From positions 5,917 through 69,916 of the forward strand of contig CAIMSU010000077.1 in NCBI GenBank assembly GCA_903844155.1: DNA of 64,000 nt. The letters run 5' to 3'. Under the pieces are notes generated by a model. The model ran no database searches, was not told where the DNA came from, and saw only the letters and a list, made by a program, of their open reading frames with translations. The position numbers were made by a program, and so were the translations under genes. Positions 8,926 through 17,183 of the stretch are shown piece after piece; position 1 is the stretch's first letter; the number at the start of each line of letters is the position of its first letter. Origin of the DNA: an uncultured Pseudomonadota bacterium (lineage in GTDB: Bacteria > Myxococcota_A > UBA796 > SXON01).

Positions 8926-10571
8926 GCGCTCAGCCCCCGTCCAGCGTGGCGGGCATGACCGTTGCACGCTGGCTCGTCCCCGCAGCGCTGGCGTGCGTGC
9001 TCCCGTTCCTCGGAAAAGCGCCGGTGATCGACGAGGAGAGCTACCTGTGGCTCGGCAGCCACGTGAACGTGCTGCATCCCTACGACTGGCACCGCGTCTG
9101 GCAGCCCTACGGGACGGACGACGGCTTCATCTACGCCCATCCGCCACTCTACCTCTGGTTCATGGCGTTGGTTCGGACGATCTCGTCGTCGGTGCCCCTC
9201 GACCGTCTCCTGTGCGCCGTTCCCTTCGTCGCCCTCTATGCCTGGGCGACAGCGCGGTGGGCGACCCGGTCGACCCACCACGCCCACCTCGCCGGAGGGC
9301 TCTGGCTGACCGCCGCCACCGTGCAGCTTGGCCTGCAGGACTCGCTGATGATCGACCTGCCAGCGGTGGCGCTGGTCACGGCGGGCCTGGCGATGTACCG
9401 CGAAGGGCTGGAGGAGGGCGAGGGCCTCTGGCAAGCCGGTGTCCTGCTCGGCCTCGCGTTGGCGACGAAGTACTCGATGGGGATGGTGGTGCTGCCGGTC
9501 CTGTTGCACCTGGGCGTGGCCGTCTACCGGAAACGCATCCCGTGGGAGGTGGCGCTGATCGTCGTCGCCCCCATCCTCCTGGTGCCGCTCGCGGGAGAGG
9601 CGGCGATGTACGCGCTCTATGGCCGCGTCCATGTCTGGCAGGTCTGGGAGCACCGGGCCGACATCGCCTCCGGGCCCGCCACCGGACGGTTGGTGGGCGT
9701 GCTGGCCCGGGCCGCGCTCCTTCCTTCGCCGCTGGTGCTCTGCCTCGTTCGACCGGCGCTCGCGGGTCTTGGCGTGTTGGTGGGCCTGATGGCGCTGGCG
9801 CTGTCGCACCCGACGGGCGCGGACACGTCGAGCCTCACCGCGCTGCTCTGCTGCGTGGCGCTTGGCGGGATGGCGGTCGTGCGCGCGGGCGACGCGGCGC
9901 TGGCGAGCCCACTGCGCCGACGAAAGGGGGATCGCGACGACGCCCTGCTGCTTGGCGGCGTGGTCCTCGGCGTGATCGCGGGGGTGACGCTCGCGCACAA
10001 TTATGCGTCCGCGCGGTACCTGCTTCCAGCGGCGACGCCGCTGGCGATCCTGATGACACGGTCGGCGGAGGAGGGTGCGGGCGGAAAAACGGTGCTGCGG
10101 GCGAGCATGCTCCTCTCGGGCGTGAGCGCGTTGGCCCTGTGCATCGCCGACTACCGGTTCGGGCGAGCCGGCGTTGACGTCGCGACGATCGCGGCCCAGC
10201 ATGTCGACCGCTTGCAGCCCGCCGAGAAGCGGTTCGCCGGAGAGTGGGGATTCCGGTACGCCCTGGAGTCCCGCGGCTGGACGCGGTACCGGCCTGCAGA
10301 GGCGCTTTCGCCCGGCACCCTCGTTGTCGTCGCCGGTCAGGAGTCGCCAGGGGAATATCCGCGGGGAACCTGGGAGCCGGTCGACCAGGTCGAGAGCGTG
10401 GACCGGTTTCCCCTGCGGGTGATGGCGGTCGGCGACGGCGTCTCGCTCTATGCTGAGACGCTCGGCGCGTTCCCGTTCGGCCTCTCGGGCGAACCGCTGG
10501 AGACCGCGACGATCTACCGGGTCGGCGCCCTTCCAGCGCTCCCGCTCGGCGACCCGACGAAGGCCCCGTGA
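8922..10571 (+). CDS. GT-C fold membrane glycosyltransferase (family 39/83, ArnT/PMT-like)
   Basis: About 12 predicted TM segments. First periplasmic loop has IDEESYLW (DExxY-type) and AHPPLYLW motifs. The ATG overlaps the pgsA stop (ATGA). Confidence 0.7.
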   Translation: MSAQPPSSVAGMTVARWLVPAALACVLPFLGKAPVIDEESYLWLGSHVNVLHPYDWHRVWQPYGTDDGFIYAHPPLYLWFMALVRTISSSVPLDRLLCAVPFVALYAWATARWATRSTHHAHLAGGLWLTAATVQLGLQDSLMIDLPAVALVTAGLAMYREGLEEGEGLWQAGVLLGLALATKYSMGMVVLPVLLHLGVAVYRKRIPWEVALIVVAPILLVPLAGEAAMYALYGRVHVWQVWEHRADIASGPATGRLVGVLARAALLPSPLVLCLVRPALAGLGVLVGLMALALSHPTGADTSSLTALLCCVALGGMAVVRAGDAALASPLRRRKGDRDDALLLGGVVLGVIAGVTLAHNYASARYLLPAATPLAILMTRSAEEGAGGKTVLRASMLLSGVSALALCIADYRFGRAGVDVATIAAQHVDRLQPAEKRFAGEWGFRYALESRGWTRYRPAEALSPGTLVVVAGQESPGEYPRGTWEPVDQVESVDRFPLRVMAVGDGVSLYAETLGAFPFGLSGEPLETATIYRVGALPALPLGDPTKAP

Positions 10572-11005
10572 CGGCGTCCAGGCGAGGGTGTCTGGTTCGC
10601 ATCGCCGCCCTCGCAGCGACGATAGCGCTCGGGCTGGCGACGCGGAAGGCACCCGGCCTGTTCCCCGCGTTCATCGCCACCTACGGCGGAGACACGCTCT
10701 ACGCGACGCTCTGGGTGCAGCTCTTCGGCGGGTTGGCGGCGCTCCTCCCGCCCTCGCGTGGCGGCCCCCGACGCTCGGTCACGCAAATCGCGGTGGAGGG
10801 CTTCGGCGTGAGCGCCGCGGTTGAGTTTTCGCAGCGCTTTCATCCGGCGTGGCTGGACGCGATCCGCGCAACGACGCTGGGTGGGCTTGTGCTCGGGCAC
10901 GGATTCCTGTGGTCGGACATGGTTTGTTACGCGGTCGGGGCGGTGATCGGCGGGGGCCTGGAGCGGGCGTTGCGCGCGGTGTCGACAAGCCCGGCGGCGC
11001 GATGA
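10568..11005 (+). CDS. DUF2809 family membrane protein
   Basis: GLATRK...YGGDTLYA...AVEFSQRFHPAWLDAIRATTLGGLVLGHGFLWSDMVCY matches my recollection of the DUF2809 consensus. The GTG overlaps the upstream stop (GTGA). Confidence 0.75.
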   Translation: MTASRRGCLVRIAALAATIALGLATRKAPGLFPAFIATYGGDTLYATLWVQLFGGLAALLPPSRGGPRRSVTQIAVEGFGVSAAVEFSQRFHPAWLDAIRATTLGGLVLGHGFLWSDMVCYAVGAVIGGGLERALRAVSTSPAAR

Positions 11006-11823
11006 GCCGGGACGCCGGGCTCGGGCGGGCGCTGGAGGGGGCGTTGGTGGGGCTGGACGCGCACGTGCATCGCGATCCCATCCGGTTCCCAGGGCGGTAC
11101 AAGGCGCCGGGGGACGTCGAGATCGCCGCTGTGTACGCTGCACAGTTGGCGTTCGGACGCGTCGAACTGTTCGGACCGGTGCTGGCGCGGCTGTTCGCGG
11201 AGATGGACGCGGTCGGCGGGCCTGCAAGCTGGGTCGCAGAGGGCGGTCCGGACACCGGCGACCCGCTCGTCTACCGGTGGTTCGGGCGGGCCGACTTGCT
11301 CGCCCTCGCCGGTGCGCTCGCGCGTCTACAGGCCGCTGAGGGCCTCGCTGCCGCGTTCTCCGGGCCGACGGGGGAGGCGGCGATCGAGGTAGGCGTGACC
11401 CGCCTGCGCGCGCTCGTCGACGATCGGTCAGCCCGCGGGCGGTTCTTCGACACGTGGTTCGCGCGCCCGTCGTCGGGCTCGGCCTGCAAGCGCTGGTGCA
11501 TGTTCCTGCGCTGGATGGTCCGGCCCGGCGCGCCAGACCTGGGCATCTGGACCCACCTCTCCCCGGCGACCCTCGTGATGCCCGTCGACACCCACGTCCT
11601 CCGGATCGCCCAGCTCACCGGCCTGACCGACCGGCGCACCGCCGACTGGAAGACGGCCCTGCAGATCACCAGCCGACTTCGGGATTATTCGGCCGACGAC
11701 CCCATCCGCTACGACTTCGCCCTCGCGCACCTCGGGATCTCCTCGGGATGCACCGGGACGGCGTCGCCGGCGTGCGACGGGTGCGCGATGCGCAGTGTAT
11801 GTAGGGTCCATGTTCCCGGTTGA
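11002..11823 (+). CDS. TIGR02757/DUF2400 family protein (HhH-like fold, function unknown)
   Basis: DPIRFPGRY, AAQLAFGRV, FLRWMVRP..DLGIW, PVDTHVLRIAQLTGL and DPIRYDFALAHLG motifs. The ATG overlaps the upstream stop (ATGA). Confidence 0.75.
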   Translation: MSRDAGLGRALEGALVGLDAHVHRDPIRFPGRYKAPGDVEIAAVYAAQLAFGRVELFGPVLARLFAEMDAVGGPASWVAEGGPDTGDPLVYRWFGRADLLALAGALARLQAAEGLAAAFSGPTGEAAIEVGVTRLRALVDDRSARGRFFDTWFARPSSGSACKRWCMFLRWMVRPGAPDLGIWTHLSPATLVMPVDTHVLRIAQLTGLTDRRTADWKTALQITSRLRDYSADDPIRYDFALAHLGISSGCTGTASPACDGCAMRSVCRVHVPG

Positions 11824-12068
11824 TCGCCTTCCTCTTCGATGCGCCCTTGCGCTGATCCTCCCGCTGCTGGGCGGGTGCTGCCTGGATTTTGCCCTGGAGT
11901 GTCCGGAAACGCTGACGATCACCGGGGTCCCGCCCGGTGACGTCGCCCTCACCGTCAGGTTGTTCGACGGTGCGGAGCCCGCGACCTGCACCCTGCCTGC
12001 CGCGGCCGAAACCGCTGCGGATACGGCCCCGGACAGCGGCCCTGCGACAACTGCGTGCAACATGGGCA

Positions 12069-12260
12069 GCCAACACCGGCCCCTTCGGTCCGGTGATGGC
12101 TGTTTATTCTCGTCGCGCCTTGGCTTTCGACCAACTGCGCGTGTTCGTGACCTCCCTTGACGAGTCCACACCTGCGCCGCTGCGGGCGAGCGCGACCGCT
12201 GCTGACCGCGTCGAAGGCACGCTTCGTGCGGGGCACGAAGTCGCGCCTTCTCCTTGGCCA
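12069..12260 (+). mobile_element. Hairpin-ended repeat element, copy A (192 nt); candidate MITE/PATE-like non-autonomous element
   Basis: Over its 187-nt core, aligns end to end, with no net length difference, with copy C at 33838-34024. The 3' 80 nt are nearly identical; the centre is about 60% identical. Left hairpin 12074-12095, right hairpin 12213-12250. Preceded by GGCA and ends in TTGGCCA. Confidence 0.85.
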
Positions 12261-12455
12261 GCCAACACCGGCCCCTTCGGTCCGGTGATGGCTGTTTCTT
12301 CTGGGTCGGGCCTGCCAAACTCGGTTTTCGGGTTCGTTCGTGACATTCTTGACCCGTCAAGCTTCTGGCGTCCACGAGGCAGGCCCTCCCGTGGCCAACC
12401 CGGTTAGAAGGCACGGAACTTGCGGTCGCAAGCTCCGCGCCTTCTGGGTTGGCCA
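12261..12455 (+). mobile_element. Hairpin-ended repeat element, copy B (195 nt, divergent), head-to-tail with copy A
   Basis: Starts with the same 39 nt as copy A (GCCAACACCGGCCCCTTCGGTCCGGTGATGGCTGTTT) and ends in GCGCCTTCTGGGTTGGCCA. Its right hairpin (12407-12444) has a different inner stem that still pairs. Confidence 0.75.
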
Positions 12456-12740
12456 CCATCACCTTGTCGGACGGCGTCGTGACCTATTCGCTCCTGAACG
12501 GCGACTACCCGCCATCCTCCGGGCATGTGTGGCTCAGGGTCGACGGCGACACGGTCCTCGACCAGGACTTCGCCCCGACCCACGGGCCGCCCGGACACGT
12601 CTACGGCGCGTTCTGCCCCGCCAGCTGCACCTCCAGCGACGCGACCCTCGCGGTACCGACGCCCTGACGCTCGGACTCCGACCCGCACGCGCTGGCCGGT
12701 TCAGCGATTTCAATTAGAAGTGAAATCCCGGAGGCTCCCG

Positions 12741-14678
12741 ATGCCCGCTGACACCGCCTCACAGCCCCGCTGGAAGGTCGCCTGCGTGGGCTACACCAAC
12801 GCGTGGCCGCTCACGCGGCACCTGCCGACAACCGGCGAGGGGCCGACCTTCGACCTCATCCCCTGCGTTCCCAGCGAGGCCGCGCGTCTCTTGCGGACCG
12901 GCGAGGCCGACATCGGCCTTGTGCCTGTCGCCGCGCTCTTCAACGACGCGCCCGCTGTACCCGGCGGCCGGGAATCCGGCGCCTACAAGATCGTGCCTGG
13001 GTTCTGCATCGGATGTGACGGCGACGTGCAGAGCGTGCTGCTTGTCGGCGAGACGCCGGTCGAGGAGTGGGACGCTGTCGCGCTCGACGGTGAGAGCCGC
13101 ACCAGCGTGATCCTCGCGCAGATCCTCTTGCGCGGGCCGCTGAATCGCCCGGATCTACGGGTGTTTCCCGTTGACGCGGGCACCGGCGCCTTTCATGCGC
13201 AGGGCAAAACCGGCGCCGTCGTCATCGGCGATGCCGCTCGCAACCTTCCGGATCGCCTCACAACGCGCATCGACCTCGGCCGTGTCTGGAAGGACTGGAC
13301 CGGGCTTCCGTTCGTGTTCGCCGTCTGGGCAGGCCGACCCGGCCTGGATCCAGCCGCCATCGCCGGGATTCGTGAGGCGGGGCGCCGGGGAATGCCCGAC
13401 CGCCTCACCGCGCCCGAGGCCGACCGCGCGTATTTGACCGAGGCGATCCGCTACGAGCTGGACGATCGCGCGCTCATGGGCCTGCGCCGCTTTGCCGCGC
13501 TCGGAAAGCGCGCCGGCCTCCTCGCGAACGAGGACGTCTGCCTGTTTGGCCCACCGGTCACCCGGGCACGGCCGGGAATGGCGTCGCTGGACACCCTGCT
13601 CGCGCGCGGCGCAGAGGGTGGGCGGCTGACACTGGACGAGGGCGTCCGCCTTGAAACCGAGGCGCGCCTTGAGGATCTCGGGAACGCGGCCCACCTTCGG
13701 CGCATCGCGCTGCACCCGGAAAAGGAGGTGACGTACATCATCTCCCGCAACGTGAACTACACCAACATCTGCGTCACCGCCTGCAAGTTCTGCGCGTTCT
13801 ACCGCCCAAAGAACCACGCCGAGGCCTACGTGCTCACCAAGGAGCAGCTCCATCAGAAGATCAGCGAGCTGGAGGCGAAGGGCGGCATCGAGGTCCTTTT
13901 GCAGGGTGGGCTGAACCTCGCCCTCGGCATCGAGTATTACGAGGACCTCTTCCGATGGATCAAGGCCAACTATTCGGTGGCGCTGCACGCGCTCTCGCCC
14001 GAGGAGGTGTTCCACATCATGGCGGTCTCCAAGCTCACGATGGAGCAGACCCTCGACCGGCTCATCGGCGCCGGCATGGACAGCATCCCCGGCGGCGGCG
14101 CGGAGGTGCTCAACGACGACGTCCGCAAGCGGATCGCGCCCCTCAAATGCACCAGCGACGAGTGGCTCGCGGTCATGCGCATGGCCCATCAGAAGGGCCT
14201 ACGCTCCTCGGCGACGATGATGTTCGGCGTCGGTGAGACCAGCGCCCACCGCATGGAGCACCTCGTGCGCCTGCGCGAGCTGCAGGACGAATACCACGGG
14301 TTCACCGCCTTCATCTGCTGGACGTTCGTGCCAGACAACACCTACGTCCACCCCGGCAACAACACCGCCGCGATGTGGCTCCGTACCAACGCGGTCAGCC
14401 GGTTGATGCTGGACAACTTCGACAACCTGCAGGCGAGCTGGGTGACGCAGGGTCCGGGCGTTGCGCAGGCCAGCCTGACCATGGGCTGCAACGACTTTGG
14501 GAGCGTGATGCTTGAAGAGAACGTCGTCTCCGCCGCTGGATCGACGTGGGCCATGACCATCGACGACGTCGAGCACAACATCCGCACGGCCGGCTTCATC
14601 CCCGTGCGCCGCAACATGCGGTACGATCATTTGCCAACGCCCGGAACCCACGCGGGCGCCCCTCCCCCGGCCAAGTAA
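12741..14678 (+). CDS. Fusion protein: MqnA/MqnD-family (chorismate dehydratase-like) N-domain plus MqnC/MqnE-family radical SAM C-domain (futalosine menaquinone pathway)
   Basis: N-domain: KVACVGYTNAWPL...ADIGLVPVAAL (VitK2 biosynthesis/PBP-like). C-domain: NYTNICVTACKFCAFYR (CxxxCxxC) with a CofH/MqnC/MqnE-like remainder. GGAGG RBS lies before ATG 12741. Confidence 0.85.
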   Translation: MPADTASQPRWKVACVGYTNAWPLTRHLPTTGEGPTFDLIPCVPSEAARLLRTGEADIGLVPVAALFNDAPAVPGGRESGAYKIVPGFCIGCDGDVQSVLLVGETPVEEWDAVALDGESRTSVILAQILLRGPLNRPDLRVFPVDAGTGAFHAQGKTGAVVIGDAARNLPDRLTTRIDLGRVWKDWTGLPFVFAVWAGRPGLDPAAIAGIREAGRRGMPDRLTAPEADRAYLTEAIRYELDDRALMGLRRFAALGKRAGLLANEDVCLFGPPVTRARPGMASLDTLLARGAEGGRLTLDEGVRLETEARLEDLGNAAHLRRIALHPEKEVTYIISRNVNYTNICVTACKFCAFYRPKNHAEAYVLTKEQLHQKISELEAKGGIEVLLQGGLNLALGIEYYEDLFRWIKANYSVALHALSPEEVFHIMAVSKLTMEQTLDRLIGAGMDSIPGGGAEVLNDDVRKRIAPLKCTSDEWLAVMRMAHQKGLRSSATMMFGVGETSAHRMEHLVRLRELQDEYHGFTAFICWTFVPDNTYVHPGNNTAAMWLRTNAVSRLMLDNFDNLQASWVTQGPGVAQASLTMGCNDFGSVMLEENVVSAAGSTWAMTIDDVEHNIRTAGFIPVRRNMRYDHLPTPGTHAGAPPPAK

Positions 14679-14769
14679 TGCACCCCGCGCCTTGCGGTGG
14701 CGGCGGCATCTTCCTCCCCCTGCCGGGTCGCCCGGGCGGTGGGGGTGCCCGCAGCGCGGAGGGGGGTTC

Positions 14770-15909
14770 TTGACCGCCGTCCGCGCGATCCGGCCCCATT
14801 GGTACTTCGACGGTTCGGAGGCGCACAAAGCGCCGGTGCTCGGCATGGGCGCGGACGGAAGGCTCGCTCCGGGAGAGGGCCTGCCCGTCGAGGACGTCGA
14901 CGGCATCGTGCTCCCCGGGCTGGTCAACTGCCACACGCATCTGGAGGTCGCGCCGGTGGCGAGGCCGGCGGAGCGCGGGTTCCTGCCGTGGCTCAAGGGT
15001 CTGCAGGCGGCCGGGGGCGCATACACCGGCGTTGATCCCGAGAAGTTCCTCGCGCCCGCGCGGGATCGCGCCCGAGCCATGCACGCGGCCGGGACCGGAA
15101 TGCTTGGAGACATCAGCAACACTGGAATGACCTACGCGATCATCCGCGAGGCAGGGATGCAAGGCGTGTGCTTTCACGAGCGCGTCGGCATCGACCAACC
15201 CCACCACCCCGTGCTCGCCGACACGGTCCCGGTCCCGCACGCGGTGTACTCAACGCACCCGGACTGGATCGCGTCCACCGGTCGTGAAGCGCTGGCCCGG
15301 GGGCTGCCCTGGACCATCCACCTTGACGAAGACCCCGCCGAAGCCGAGTTCCTGCGGGGCGAGGGGCCCTGGCCCGGGATCCTTCGCGCGTTCGGCCGCA
15401 ACCTCTCCGGCTTCCACTTCCCGGGCCTCTCCCCGGTGGCCTACCTCGACGCGCTTGGCGCCCTGACCCCGGCGGCGCGGCTCGTCCATTGCGTCTGCAC
15501 GGGCCCCGAGGACCTGGACCGCATCGCGAACGCATCGGCGACTGTCTGCGTCTGCGTGCGTTCGAACCGCTGGATCACGGGTCAGTTGCCCGACGTCGTC
15601 GGCATGCTGCAGCGGGGGATTGTCGTGGTGGTCGGCACGGACTCCCTGGCCTCCTCGCCCGACCTCGATGTCCTCGCCGAGCTGGCCGCCCTGCACCGGG
15701 CGTTTCCATCCATCCCGCCGGGCATCGTCCTGTCGATGGGCACCAACCAGGCCGCCCTGGAGGTCGGACCCATCGCCATCGCGCCCACCCACCCCCTCCT
15801 CCTCGTCGAAGGCCCCCGGACCCTCGACGATCTGCTCGACGGCACCGTCTGGCCCCGCCGCTGGCTCGCCGACCTCGACCCCTCACACCCGGTTGAAGCC
15901 CACCGATGA
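14770..15909 (+). CDS. Amidohydrolase-superfamily deaminase, probably aminofutalosine deaminase
   Basis: LPGLVNCHTHLE metal-binding HxH motif, VHCV and GTDS motifs. Sits between mqn genes. Start uncertain: TTG 14770 follows GGAGGGGGG, while the ORF opens at 14692. Confidence 0.65.
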   Translation: MTAVRAIRPHWYFDGSEAHKAPVLGMGADGRLAPGEGLPVEDVDGIVLPGLVNCHTHLEVAPVARPAERGFLPWLKGLQAAGGAYTGVDPEKFLAPARDRARAMHAAGTGMLGDISNTGMTYAIIREAGMQGVCFHERVGIDQPHHPVLADTVPVPHAVYSTHPDWIASTGREALARGLPWTIHLDEDPAEAEFLRGEGPWPGILRAFGRNLSGFHFPGLSPVAYLDALGALTPAARLVHCVCTGPEDLDRIANASATVCVCVRSNRWITGQLPDVVGMLQRGIVVVVGTDSLASSPDLDVLAELAALHRAFPSIPPGIVLSMGTNQAALEVGPIAIAPTHPLLLVEGPRTLDDLLDGTVWPRRWLADLDPSHPVEAHR

Positions 15910-16775
15910 CCTCGCCCGCGTCAAATCCCGTCCTCACCTACGGCCGGATGATCAAGTTCTCCCACTCGATCTTCGCGATGCCCTTTGCGCTCTCGGCCGC
16001 CGTCCTCGCCAGTCGCACCCACCCCGTGACCGCCACCCAGGTCGCCCTCATCGTCGGGTGCATGGTGACCGCGCGCTCGTGCGCGATGGGCGTGAACCGC
16101 ATCGTTGACCGGGCCTACGACGCAAAAAACCCGCGCACAGCGATTCGCGAGATTCCAAGCGGGCAGATCTCCCTGAATACGGCCCGAGCACTCGCGACCA
16201 CCGCTGCGATCCTGTTCATCGTCCTTGCAGCCCTCCTCAACCCCCTCTGCGGCGCATTATCCCCGATCGCGCTCGCGATCATCTGCGGGTACAGCTACGC
16301 GAAGCGCTACACGGCCTTCGTGCACCTCTGGCTCGGGGTGTCGCTCGGGATCGCCCCGGTCGCCGTGTGGATCGCGCTCACCGGCTCGGTCGCAACGGTG
16401 GCGCTCATCCTCGCGGGCGCCGTCGCCACCTGGGTCGCCGGCTTCGACATCCTCTACAGCCTGCAGGATGAGGGCTTTGATCGTGGGGAAGGGCTGCACA
16501 GCATCCCCGTGGCGCTCGGGCAGAAGGGCGCGATGCTCACCAGCGCGCTGCTTCACGTCGCCACCATCGGACTCCTGGCGATCATCCCGCACTTTTCCAC
16601 GCTCGGGTTGGGCTACTGGGCGGGTTTTGCCGTCATCACCGGGGTGCTCACGTACGAGCACGCCATCGTAAAGCCTGGCGATCTCTCCCGCATCGACAAG
16701 GCCTTTTTCGATCTCAACGGCTACGTCTCCCTGCTGTTCTTCGCGGGGGTCTGCGCGGGAACCTGGGTCGGCTGA
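15906..16775 (+). CDS. mqnP: UbiA-family aromatic prenyltransferase, MqnP-like
   Basis: About 8-9 TM helices, NRIVDRAYDAKNPRT (NxxxDxxxD) and a second Asp-rich motif region YSLQDEGFD. The ATG overlaps the upstream stop (ATGA). Confidence 0.75.
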   Translation: MTSPASNPVLTYGRMIKFSHSIFAMPFALSAAVLASRTHPVTATQVALIVGCMVTARSCAMGVNRIVDRAYDAKNPRTAIREIPSGQISLNTARALATTAAILFIVLAALLNPLCGALSPIALAIICGYSYAKRYTAFVHLWLGVSLGIAPVAVWIALTGSVATVALILAGAVATWVAGFDILYSLQDEGFDRGEGLHSIPVALGQKGAMLTSALLHVATIGLLAIIPHFSTLGLGYWAGFAVITGVLTYEHAIVKPGDLSRIDKAFFDLNGYVSLLFFAGVCAGTWVG

Positions 16776-16779
16776 CCCG

Positions 16780-17142
16780 TCAGAACAACGGGCGGGGAAA
16801 GCTGGAAACCCCGAACCGGTTCCCCTCGGGGTCCACGGCATAGAGCGAGTACGCGCTCGACCCGTCGCCGACGATGTCCAGCGACCGCCAGCGGTCGGCC
16901 CAGGCCTGCCCCGACCCCGCCTGGGCCTGGATGAAAAGGCCGTCCCAACCGGCGCCCGAGCCGCCAGCGCGCCCACGCTCGAGCATCAGGATCGCGCCGT
17001 CCAGATCGAGCCAGACCGAGCGGATCCCGTCGTCGTCGACATTCCGGCGGATCTCGCGGAGATCCAGCGCGCGTGCGTAGAAGTCCGCCAGGGCCGAGGG
17101 GTCCGGCGTGCGAAGGGCGAGGTGATGCACCGGCATCCTCAC
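16780..17142 (-). CDS. VOC (glyoxalase/bleomycin-resistance/dioxygenase) family protein
   Basis: HHLALRTPDPSALADFYARALDL...VWLDL...YAVDPEGNRF: the typical VOC beta-alpha-beta-beta-beta pattern. Confidence 0.7.
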   Translation of the reverse strand: MRMPVHHLALRTPDPSALADFYARALDLREIRRNVDDDGIRSVWLDLDGAILMLERGRAGGSGAGWDGLFIQAQAGSGQAWADRWRSLDIVGDGSSAYSLYAVDPEGNRFGVSSFPRPLF

Positions 17143-17183
17143 GTTCTATGCTCCCGCGCGGCCCGACGGGGTACTAGCGCACG

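Larger units (their letters stand above)
11810..12667 (+). pseudogene. Small lipoprotein gene interrupted by two tandem copies of the 192-nt repeat element
   Basis: The 5' fragment (11810-12068) has the signal/lipobox LILPLLGGC. The 3' fragment (12456-12667) has high GC3 but no start or signal of its own. Both are in the same frame, and the intervening 387 nt equals 129 codons. The + strand read-through of copy A stops at TGA 12158-12160. Confidence 0.55.

Noticed and set aside
11937-12407. ORFs lying inside the repeat elements: 156 aa on + (11937-12407), 80 aa on - (12104-12346) and 344 aa on - (11428-12462).
   Set aside because: Their similarity to each other and to the recQ insert is explained at the DNA level by the repeat element. 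They have no start context and no domain signatures, and their frames are broken differently in each copy.
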